Assembly: GCA_008369845.1 (NCBI GenBank)
Contig: MRSU01010799.1
Span: 1 to 32,309, forward strand
DNA: 32,309 nt
Origin: Trichomonas gallinae
Taxonomy: Eukaryota
Reading direction: 5' to 3'
The notes beneath the pieces were generated by a model. It was not told the origin of the DNA, ran no database searches, and worked only from the letters and a program-made list of their open reading frames with translations. Shown here piece by piece: positions 11,020 to 20,079 of this stretch. The position numbers were made by a program, and so were the translations under genes. Every line of letters starts with the position of its first letter. Within the stretch, counting starts at the first letter, position 1.

Positions 11020-12469
11020 ACAATATATTGTTTATTTGTTGATATTTTTTATAAATCGTGTTTGTTACATTTTTTCCGATTACTTTTAACATCTATTTCG
11101 CATTATCTGGAACTGCCTATGGCATATGATTTCGGCATAGGTATCCTCGCTCTGTGTAACTCGATTGAATTTTATTTTTGCATTATTTCATTAAATCTTC
11201 GACTAACTGTTTGCGAATCTCTTTGTGTACTAATTTAGTTCAGATTTCCAAAAGATTAAAGGCGCGGATTAGATTAGAAAAATTTTCAAATTTTGGAGCA
11301 ATGACTAATGAGTATGATTAATTAATTTTTCGGAGTGCACTATTGATGGATAAATAGAACACAAATATATTCTGGAAATAAACCGCGATTTCATTAAAAA
11401 AAATTAAATTGTAAACAGGAAATCGACATTAATGCAATTATATTCGTGTTATTGGATTGTAAACTTTGTTATCAATACGTTTAAAGAGTTGCAAGTACAT
11501 ATGATATCGTTTTGAAAAACTCAATGATTGCATAAAATCCAATTATTTGTTATTATGATTTGGATTGTATTATATAATAAAATTTTAGCTTTAGTTTTTG
11601 AAAATACAATTTAAATTATATAAAAAACAATAAACAAGTGATATTTTAGAAAAAATAAGCAAATGCGATCAATAGCAAATAATAAATTATTTTAGGACCA
11701 GCAATGCGCCTATAATATGTACGGCATATTGTGGGAAAAATAAATATACAATACAGACTACACCAATTTTTCGATATTTCATTTCATCATTATTTTGATG
11801 AATCCAGGGGTTACATCTGTTAGTAAGCCTATTAAACAGGACGAAAGACTAAATTAAAATTGAATTCAAGAACTGAGTTATCGTTTACGGGCAATAAGGA
11901 GCTGTTTTTGATGATATATTATGATTTATGCTGCAACTGGAAGGAATGACACTTGTTGTTTAGTGTAAAACAAGTAAATCTCAATTTGGAAAAAAGCCCT
12001 CAAAATTTTGCGATCTTACACAAAATCTTGTGAGTATTTTCAGAAATAATTGAAGGGTTATTTTTTCTGTTCATATCCACATGCAAAGTGGTCGTGTTGG
12101 ATATTTATTATTCCAGGTGTTTGCTGATATTTTCATTAAAATTTTATTTTAAAATATGCTCCATATCATGTACCTCTCATTTCTAAATTCATTTTTAATT
12201 TTTTCTGCGAATTTTTTTGAGAACTGAAGTAAAAAAATTTCTGGGCAAGTGTTTATTTTTTGAATTCAAACTTCCCGGCGTCTTCAAATCGCCTATTTTA
12301 TAGTTTTGGCTTTATAACATTCATTTTCCAATCTATTAAAGCTTATTTCAAAAATTAAATCGCAAAAATTTGACACAATGCATCTAAAACATCTTAAAAT
12401 TATGATTATGATGTTTTTAAACAGCCAAAAATTTTTCAAATTCAATAGATTTTAATTTCAATTTTTTTG

Positions 12470-13384
12470 ATGACGTCGAATGTTGATACAAAGGAGATTG
12501 TTAATATCCTCTCACACCATGGATACAGTATGTTGAGGTGCATGTTTGTCATTGGAGATAACACATATTATGAAATTAAACACAAAGATCAACAACAATC
12601 TATTACTTGCAAGGTTACAACGTCTTCGAGGACCTATGAACTTGAAAATAAGATTTTATCGTCCATAAACCATAAGAACATCCTTCGAATCATTGAATCA
12701 TTCGCTGAAAAGAATTTTTATTTCCACATCACAGAGAACTTTCTTGATGAAACATTGCAAGAAAAAGGTGCCATTCCAAAAGACATGATCCGCGTTTATG
12801 CGCTTCAAATTCTCGGTGCAATGGAAATTCTTCAGTCGAATGGAATCTTTATTTCGAACATTTCTCCTAAGATGATATTCTTCGATCGTTTCGGACTCAT
12901 CAAATTAGTCGATTTCCAGCACGCGATGATTATTCCAAAAAGATATTGCACAAGAAACGCAATTATCACTGAATATCCTGCCCCTGAGATCTGCAAGAAT
13001 AAGCCGTTTAATCCAAAGTGCGCGGATAACTGGTCATTTGGCATTGTTCTCTACCACATGGTAAACGGAAAATATCCATTCCCATCTTTCTCAAATGCCG
13101 ATGAATACGTTAAGTGCATCGCTAATCTGCACTATAACTTCACTTTAAACAGCCAGATGCTGCATTGCCCAATTATGAGTTCAATTTTAGCTGAAGATCC
13201 AACAAAGAGAGCTCAGCTTGAAGAGATTCGTAAGTGCTTCGGTCAATTCACTGTTAGACTTCCTAAAGGTACTCTCGAAACAAATAAGTCTAATTTGAAC
13301 CTAGCTATTAATAGGCGCACAAAGTACAGTCCAATTCGTATGCATTCATACGCGGAAATAAGGTCACATTTCAATTCTGTTTGA
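12470..13384 (+). CDS. Protein kinase-like protein, predicted inactive; tandem paralog of 10114..11019 (304 aa)
   Basis: HKNILRIIESF, YPAPEI, ADNWSFGI and GKYPF retained; catalytic loop ISNISPKM lacks the Asp and the Asn; DFQ. First ATG is at 12470. Confidence 0.9.
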   Translation: MTSNVDTKEIVNILSHHGYSMLRCMFVIGDNTYYEIKHKDQQQSITCKVTTSSRTYELENKILSSINHKNILRIIESFAEKNFYFHITENFLDETLQEKGAIPKDMIRVYALQILGAMEILQSNGIFISNISPKMIFFDRFGLIKLVDFQHAMIIPKRYCTRNAIITEYPAPEICKNKPFNPKCADNWSFGIVLYHMVNGKYPFPSFSNADEYVKCIANLHYNFTLNSQMLHCPIMSSILAEDPTKRAQLEEIRKCFGQFTVRLPKGTLETNKSNLNLAINRRTKYSPIRMHSYAEIRSHFNSV

Positions 13385-13489
13385 TTTTTATATATTATCT
13401 TGTATTTATGTTGTTTGGTATTTAAATTTCTATCTTTTATGTATTACTTATGAATAATTTTAAGTAAATAAATCATAATTCACAAATTC

Positions 13490-13740
13490 GAAAATAAATA
13501 AAAATTTGGTATGCATTTCCAGCAAATTCGAATTGTATTATTACTTCCAAAGAGCTACTTTATCTTATTTATTTATATTAAAGAGATTTTAATTATAAAA
13601 AGAAAAAATAGAAAATATATCTAGCTTGGCATAGTATATAGAGCAAATTCGAATTGGAATATTACTTGCATTGAACTACTTTATCTTACATTTAAATGAT
13701 TTGTTAAATTGTACAAGAAAGAAAAATCGAAAAAAAAATA
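13490..13740. repeat. Degenerate tandem duplication, ~121-bp period, two copies
   Basis: AGCAAATTCGAATTG...ATTACTT...CTACTTTATCTTA begins at 13521 and again at 13642; flanks are weakly similar. Confidence 0.7.
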
Positions 13741-13861
13741 TTAATCGCTACAGTTTGCATATTTTTGGCCATTATCAATTAGAACAGCAAAACTTCGTTT
13801 AGCATGTTGAATATTGCAAAACAGTCATAGAAAAGTAGAAAATTCGTAATAAATAAAAATA

Positions 13862-14668
13862 ATGCCAAATAAAATAATTTACTTGTCAGATTTCAAAAAG
13901 ATGAACGGAATGAAAATATACAAAGTGTTTTCAAATTGTTTGATCATAACAATCGGCACATTACTTGTCATATCAACAGTGGCTGTATCTATACCCGAAT
14001 TGGTCAAGCTTTTCGAAAGTAAATTATTGTATTTACATAATATCCTCATTTTTGCTACATATATTATTTGGATTTGGTCATGGCTAACTGGTGCGTATGG
14101 AAATCCAGGATATACGAAGACAGATCTCCAAGAGAGAGGAATATATCTCGATGTTATGCGTGGAGACATTCCGAAAAACCTACAGCACTTGAAGATATGC
14201 AAGAAGTGCGGTCTTCCTATGCCAAAAGGATCAGTGCATTGCGAAGATTGCGACATGTGCGTGTTAAGACAAGATCATCACTGCGGAGTCATTGTTAATT
14301 GCGTTGCTGATAGAAATTTCAAAGCTTTTGTACTTGGTTTCTTCTATGCTGGTGTTATAAGTCTGGAATGCGGAGTATATTCAATTATCGCATGTCATTA
14401 TGAGTCCAAAACGTCTCATTTCGGCGTTGTTCCGCTCATCACCGGTGTATATGGTCTAATTATTGCACTTATGATGTTTGCTTTCACAGGAATTTTCCTC
14501 GGAACAAATTATAACGAGTCTCCAATAAAAACTCTCACATTAAAAGACTTCGTTTCATCTTTTGGTGACAACGTGTTCATGTACTTCATACCGATTCAGT
14601 CTAAATCAACTAAACTCGCTTGGCCGGATGTAGAATGGGAAATTGACGAGCCTTTACAGTTGCTTTAA
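13862..14668 (+). CDS. DHHC-type zinc finger palmitoyltransferase
   Basis: NPG, CKKC...PKGSVHCEDCDMCVLRQDHHCGVIVNCVADRNFKAF and four hydrophobic segments. The real start may be the ATG at 13901 or 13910. Confidence 0.95.
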   Translation: MPNKIIYLSDFKKMNGMKIYKVFSNCLIITIGTLLVISTVAVSIPELVKLFESKLLYLHNILIFATYIIWIWSWLTGAYGNPGYTKTDLQERGIYLDVMRGDIPKNLQHLKICKKCGLPMPKGSVHCEDCDMCVLRQDHHCGVIVNCVADRNFKAFVLGFFYAGVISLECGVYSIIACHYESKTSHFGVVPLITGVYGLIIALMMFAFTGIFLGTNYNESPIKTLTLKDFVSSFGDNVFMYFIPIQSKSTKLAWPDVEWEIDEPLQLL

Positions 14669-15274
14669 CTTACATTCATCGATATATTTTGTATTGTTTG
14701 AAAATATACTGTATTATATGATCTTTAATATATCTTGTATGTTAAATAATAAATGTATTGCCTTTAAATCATAGCAATGTGTCTTCTTCAATCATTATTT
14801 TCTAATTCCGAACTATTTCACAAATAATTTCAAAAAAAAAGCAAATCAAAATATTGTGTATAATATTGTTTATGTTGTGTGTCCGTATTCAACAACTATT
14901 GATATACGTCGCTTTATTCTGTCGAAGATAGCATTATGTCGATGAAATAAAAATTGCAATTTGGAAACATCTTTTAATGCGCATAAAAACTTGGAAAAAA
15001 ATGGCAGCACAATTCAAGGGAGAATCAGGTCATTGCGTTTGGAAATCAGATTCATTCCAAATAGATTCACAATTGTCTGAGTATTTTCATTGACTTTGGC
15101 GTAGGCAACTAAATTGATTCTAAAATATTTTTTGAATTTATCAGATAAATGCATTTGGTAATGGATTCAGCTTGACACTCTCGATTCTATCGCAGTGATC
15201 ATTGAATCTGGCCAACTTTCTGCCACAAGATCTCATATTCAAACACATACGCAGCAAATATCTACATCAAACAG

Positions 15275-15827
15275 TTGAAAACAGAAGATAATTTTGCTAA
15301 ATTTTGCAAAAGAATAGCAACAGAAAATGACAAAGATGCAAAGCCATTTGCCATCAGAGAAAAATTTGTTGACATGAAAAATAGAAATGGTCGAAATGTC
15401 TTCCATATGGCAGCATGGAAAAATCAACAAGATTTTATTCGTCTTTTAATCGAATTTAGAAATGATATCAAGTCAAAAAAAACAATGATAAATATATTAT
15501 ACAGCTCTGATTTATGCACCAATAAATGATCATCATGAAATTATCAAACTCCTTCTCACAGTTCCTGGGATAGATGTCAACGCAGAAAGCATTAACAATG
15601 AAACAGCTTTGATTAATGCTTCAGAAAAAGGTCATCAAGAAGTTGTCAAACTCTTTTTCACAGTTCCTGGAATAGATGCCAATGCATAAGATTATTACAG
15701 CAATACAGCTTTTGTATGTGCTTCAAAAGAAGGTCACCATGAAATTGAAAAACTTTTAAAAGCCCTTAGCATTATAATTTCGACAAAACTGAATGATAAA
15801 TTCTATCATGGTATTTTAATGATCTAG
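15275..15827 (+). pseudogene. Ankyrin-repeat protein pseudogene
   Basis: NGRNVFHMAAWKNQQDFIRLLI, then a frameshift near 15470-15500 into YTALIYAPINDHHEIIKLLLTVPGIDVNAESINNETALINASEKGHQEVVKLFFTVPGIDANA*DYYSNTAFVCASKEGHHEIEKLL, with in-frame TAA at 15687-15689. The 5' boundary is uncertain and may reach ~15000. Confidence 0.85.
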
Positions 15828-16120
15828 CAGAAATGTATGAATAGTCGCAATTAATAAAAGCCACAAGCAAAACTACTCCATTATGTTGGACTGGTTTAAT
15901 TTTAATTACGTCATAATAAATTAATTTCAAATTAATTTTTCTAATATTTTCATTGATAAAGTAAAAATTTGGATGTAAAAATTGGTTAATAAACACATAT
16001 ATTGCGTATTTCTTTAATAGTTCAATCATGGAAAACAAAATGTAAAAATAAACTAATTCAATTTTTGAACGACTCTGTTCGAAAAATTTGAATCGTTTAC
16101 AACAATTTTACAAAACTATT

Positions 16121-16255
16121 TGTCGTGTAAATTATATTTTTGTCATATTAAGACTGTTTTTGTCGTGTAAAGATTAATTCATGACATGTAAATGATTATT
16201 TGTGCCATGTAATTAACGAAATATGTCGTGTAAATCCAAAATCTTGTCATGTAAA
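16121..16255 (+). promoter_or_regulatory. Phased array of seven TGHCRTGTAAA-like motifs upstream of the coiled-coil gene
   Basis: Copies start at 16121, 16141 (degenerate), 16161, 16182, 16203, 16224 and 16245. The array ends 43 nt before the ATG. Regulatory role is inferred from position. Confidence 0.7.
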
Positions 16256-16279
16256 ATATTATAAAATATCTTTACATTA

Positions 16280-16287
16280 AAAGTGAC
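16280..16287 (+). promoter_or_regulatory. AAAGTGAC ATG-proximal core element (M2-like)
   Basis: Exact octamer 11 nt upstream of ATG 16299; the same octamer precedes three other genes in the window. Confidence 0.65.
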
Positions 16288-16298
16288 AAGTGTATAGT

Positions 16299-19200
16299 AT
16301 GGAGGAACCTTCTTCCCCTAAAAGAGGGTCCGTGTTCCAGATGGCTGCAGAAACAGCAGACATCCGCAGCACCGATGCCCTTACCAAATACCTTACCGAT
16401 TCTTATACTACTAATCCGCCGGAATTGGCTGATTTATTCGTAGAAATTCCTTCTCTCGCGAAACTCGGTCAACTGATTCACGACGTCTTTCAGTCGGCCA
16501 AAGTTAATCCAATGCCCATCGAAATTAGCCAGCTATGCGAATTAGGCGTAAGACATTTGATTAACGACTACAAAACGCAGAGAGAGAACTCAGAACAGGC
16601 GGCAACATCACTAGGAAAGGCTAAAAGACTCGTCGACTACGCGGCATTGCTCGCACAGAATCCTAGTGATATAACTCTAGCGAAACTTCAGATTCTCGAA
16701 CTGCAACGTGAAAATCAGGAACTTGCCACGAAGATGGAGGATATCTCGAACGATATCAAGATCCAGCAAGATGAGTACGAAAAACTATTCCAAGAAAAAA
16801 TTGATTTACAAAACAAATTCATCCTAGCGGAAAACATGCACAAAAACGACATGAGCAAATTGAGGTACGAGTACGGCCAGCTCGAAGACAGCAAGCAAAG
16901 CGCTATAGACAACTCTAAACTCTTCGAAGTCCAAATTACTGATCTTAAGAAGATGCTCGCTGCAGCATCCGATGATTCATCTGCCCATCAGCGCGAAATC
17001 GCAGACCTCAAGAACCAAATCGCATCAAAGAACCAATTAATCAATAAATACAGGAATGAACTCAAGGCTAAAGACATCAAATTCGCTGAGTTCAAGGATG
17101 CCAAGGAGAAGGAGACGATCGAATTGTCAACAACACTCATCACGCAGAACAATTTACTCGAAGATAAAAACAAAGATGCGATGAGGAAGCTCGCTCGTTA
17201 CATTAAGAACCAGAGTAATCAAATTGAGATCCTGACAGCTGCAAATCGCAAGGCTACGATGATTTTGGACAAGCAAACGGATTTGCTCGATAAATATGAA
17301 GGCGAATTGGAGCACGCCAATGACGAAAACGAGCAGCTCAACAAGAAGGTTGCTGATTTACGCGATGAAAACGTGACTTTGAAGGAAGAATTAGAAATTG
17401 CAGCGAAGAATTCCAACCAGGATAACTCTGAGCTCATCAAACTGCGTTCAATCGTTGAGCAATCGTGCACCAACCTTGCCCCAGCATTCAGCATCACTCC
17501 AGATCAACTTCCTCAGATGTGTAAAGAATTATCTGGAACGAGAATCGATCCGGAAACAGCGAAGAACTTGAGAGCTCTCAACGCAATCTGCGACGGACTC
17601 AGCCAATTCATCATCCAACTCATCAGAACTGGAGAAGCAAATCTTGAATTCCTCAAAGAGAAGCCAATCAAGCTTTCTTCGACAGTACGTGGCGATATAA
17701 TGCATGAAGTCGAGAAAACAAGGCTTTTCCTTGGCACACTCGATTACAGCGACGCATCTGAAGACAAAGTCATGAAATATCTTCTCAATCCGAACGAAAA
17801 CTTCGACCTCGAAGGAAACTCAGACGTCCAGCTCTCAGCAGTCTTAACAGAAGCCTTAAAGCGCGAAAGAGAATATATTTCTAAAATGTTTGGACAGCTT
17901 GAAAGGGTCAGAGACGTCCTCCCTGCCTTCGACTGCAAGACATACGAGCTCGCGGACGCTTTGAGCTCTTACTTATTGCAAATGCAGCCAGTTTTCAGAG
18001 ATTTATTATCAATTGTCGGCTCAACTCTTCATTATCACGGCTCCATTGCTGATATATTCGCTTGCCTGTGCAAGTACATCGAAGAGACATCGTCAGCTTT
18101 GACTGTTATGGATGAAGAAATCAGGCCAATGATCAATTTCAACGGAAAAGTCGTTGACATGCCAGACAAACTCATAACTGTGCTCAATGAGTACAAGAAC
18201 AAGCTGGATAACTTCGATAGCGTCTCAAAACGCGATTTAACGAACGCGCAAATCGATTTCGAGAAGAGAAAGGCTGCAATGGAGAGAGAAAACGACGGGC
18301 TGAGAGATGAGATCAGAACTAAAGAGAAACTCGTCAAGAGCCTTCAAAATCAACTCGATAAACTCGCAAGTGACCTTGAAGAGACCAAGAACTCCGAATC
18401 CGCTCTCGAAATGATATCATCTGAGGCTTCAAAGAACAACAAGATCCTTTCTACATCCAAACAAACACTTGAAGATACAATCAGCAGATTATCTCAAGAA
18501 AACAACCGTTTAGAGTCTCTTCTCAGTGAAAGAACTCAGACATACGAGAAGCGCGTCCAGGAATTAGTCGCTAAAGAGCGTGAAATGATGCAAAAGATTC
18601 AAGAACGAGAAAAGAAGAGATATGAAGAGCAGCAGGCCATCTTGGAGAGGCAGATAACTGAACTCAACAACAAGATCCAGACAGAACAACTCAATCATCT
18701 TAATGCAGAAAGAAATCTCAAGGCACAGGCCAAGAAAGCCCAGTCTGGCCTCAGGAAGCTCGAGCAAGACAAGATGGACATGACTCAGACAATAGAAGCC
18801 ATGCAAAGAGAGCCAATTTCCAACCAAATTATCGATGATTTACTAGCGAAGCTCACAGACGCAAGAATCAAGAACAAAGAGTTGCTCGCTGAAATCAACA
18901 GACTCAAGCACATCAGCGCTTCTCCTACAAAGGCTTCTCCGTCTAAATCTTCGCCAACAAAATATTCGCCATCGAAATCATCATCGACGATGACAGCAGA
19001 AGAAGAAGTCAGCTTCGTCGAGAAAGTCGGCGCGTTGTGCAACTCGTTCATCGGCAAAGACGTCACCTGGACGAAGCAGAGAGTTCTGAAGACAGTCACA
19101 GCAATGACTGAGCACATCTCGAACTTGGAGCAGACATTAGACAAGAAGGGAATGAGAACTAAGTGGTCCCAGTGGGCTGAGGAGGTCCTCAAGCTTGTTG

Positions 19201-19583
19201 ATCCTAAGTTTAAGGGTGGAATAACAGATAACGAGATGAGAACGAGAATCGGAGACCTCTGCGTAGCATCTGGCAACCGCACGAAGATGATCGACATGAT
19301 CACAACACTTAGAGCAGAGAAAGCACACCTTATGAAGAATGGCGGCGAATCTTCTATGATGGATTCGTCAATCAAGACAGAAGAGCCAAGCAACACGCAG
19401 GAGTCTGTCAAGACAAGGTCACTTAATGACAGTCAAGTAGACTCTAAGTCTATGAATTTCAAGAGCTGGGCACTCGCAAGTCTTTTCGTTGCTCTTACAA
19501 GGAAAGATACTGGAGTTTCTAGAAATGAAAAGATTCCAGCATCTCCACCAGCCCTCAAAGGCCAGCTTTCTCTCCTCAAATGA
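16299..19583 (+). CDS. Large coiled-coil protein (1094 aa) with SPxK repeats and possible PACT-like C-terminus
   Basis: Long intact ORF with two extended heptad regions flanking a globular middle and SPTK/SPSK x4. First ATG is at 16299. Confidence 0.9.
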   Translation: MEEPSSPKRGSVFQMAAETADIRSTDALTKYLTDSYTTNPPELADLFVEIPSLAKLGQLIHDVFQSAKVNPMPIEISQLCELGVRHLINDYKTQRENSEQAATSLGKAKRLVDYAALLAQNPSDITLAKLQILELQRENQELATKMEDISNDIKIQQDEYEKLFQEKIDLQNKFILAENMHKNDMSKLRYEYGQLEDSKQSAIDNSKLFEVQITDLKKMLAAASDDSSAHQREIADLKNQIASKNQLINKYRNELKAKDIKFAEFKDAKEKETIELSTTLITQNNLLEDKNKDAMRKLARYIKNQSNQIEILTAANRKATMILDKQTDLLDKYEGELEHANDENEQLNKKVADLRDENVTLKEELEIAAKNSNQDNSELIKLRSIVEQSCTNLAPAFSITPDQLPQMCKELSGTRIDPETAKNLRALNAICDGLSQFIIQLIRTGEANLEFLKEKPIKLSSTVRGDIMHEVEKTRLFLGTLDYSDASEDKVMKYLLNPNENFDLEGNSDVQLSAVLTEALKREREYISKMFGQLERVRDVLPAFDCKTYELADALSSYLLQMQPVFRDLLSIVGSTLHYHGSIADIFACLCKYIEETSSALTVMDEEIRPMINFNGKVVDMPDKLITVLNEYKNKLDNFDSVSKRDLTNAQIDFEKRKAAMERENDGLRDEIRTKEKLVKSLQNQLDKLASDLEETKNSESALEMISSEASKNNKILSTSKQTLEDTISRLSQENNRLESLLSERTQTYEKRVQELVAKEREMMQKIQEREKKRYEEQQAILERQITELNNKIQTEQLNHLNAERNLKAQAKKAQSGLRKLEQDKMDMTQTIEAMQREPISNQIIDDLLAKLTDARIKNKELLAEINRLKHISASPTKASPSKSSPTKYSPSKSSSTMTAEEEVSFVEKVGALCNSFIGKDVTWTKQRVLKTVTAMTEHISNLEQTLDKKGMRTKWSQWAEEVLKLVDPKFKGGITDNEMRTRIGDLCVASGNRTKMIDMITTLRAEKAHLMKNGGESSMMDSSIKTEEPSNTQESVKTRSLNDSQVDSKSMNFKSWALASLFVALTRKDTGVSRNEKIPASPPALKGQLSLLK

Positions 19584-19796
19584 AATTTTGATAAATAAAG
19601 TAAAAAGAATGTGTTTTTCTTAATTATATATTTTCTTTCCAATAACTTTGATGAATATGTTCATTCTATAAGAACCTGATGCTTAGATTTTTTCTTAGAC
19701 TTTGTAAAAACTGTTTTGTAAACTATTTTTACATGGCATAAATATTTTGTAAATAAGTTTACATAACGGAATTGTAAAGTTGATTGTAATTTTAAA

Positions 19797-19910
19797 TTAT
19801 GACACTTTACATCGCAATACGGTTTTGTAAAGTTGATTGTCATAATTTTGGCGGTTTTGTAAATGTATTTATGACACTTTACATTGCATAGCGGTTTTGT
19901 AAAGTTGATT
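19797..19910. repeat. 42-bp direct repeat (two copies, 72-bp period) within a TGTAAA-rich cluster
   Basis: TTATGACACTTTACATCGCAATACGGTTTTGTAAAGTTGATT (19797-19838) vs TTATGACACTTTACATTGCATAGCGGTTTTGTAAAGTTGATT (19869-19910), 38/42 identical. Confidence 0.85.
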
Positions 19911-20079
19911 TTATTTCCCGCCGAAATTTCTGTTTTGTAAAGTCAAGATTTCCCCGCCAAATTTGTGGCGCCAAAAATGTAAAGGCCTAAAATGGCAGAA
20001 AAAGGGAAGGTTAAAAATAAAAAATTTTAATCACGTTAAAACTCCAATTATATAAAAAAATCATAAGGGCATTATTTTC

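Noticed and set aside
11114..11143. Stem-loop TGCCTATG...CATAGGTA downstream of the first pseudokinase
   Set aside because: Single 8-bp stem with a wobble and no other support.
11760..11900. FDES-containing frame suggesting a Tc1/IS630 transposase relic
   Set aside because: Four-residue match only, multiple stops, no terminal inverted repeats or further DDE motifs seen.
16121..16255. CRISPR-like reading of the repeat-spacer arrays
   Set aside because: Repeats (11 bp) and spacers (~10 bp) are far too short and degenerate, there are no cas genes, and the context is eukaryotic.
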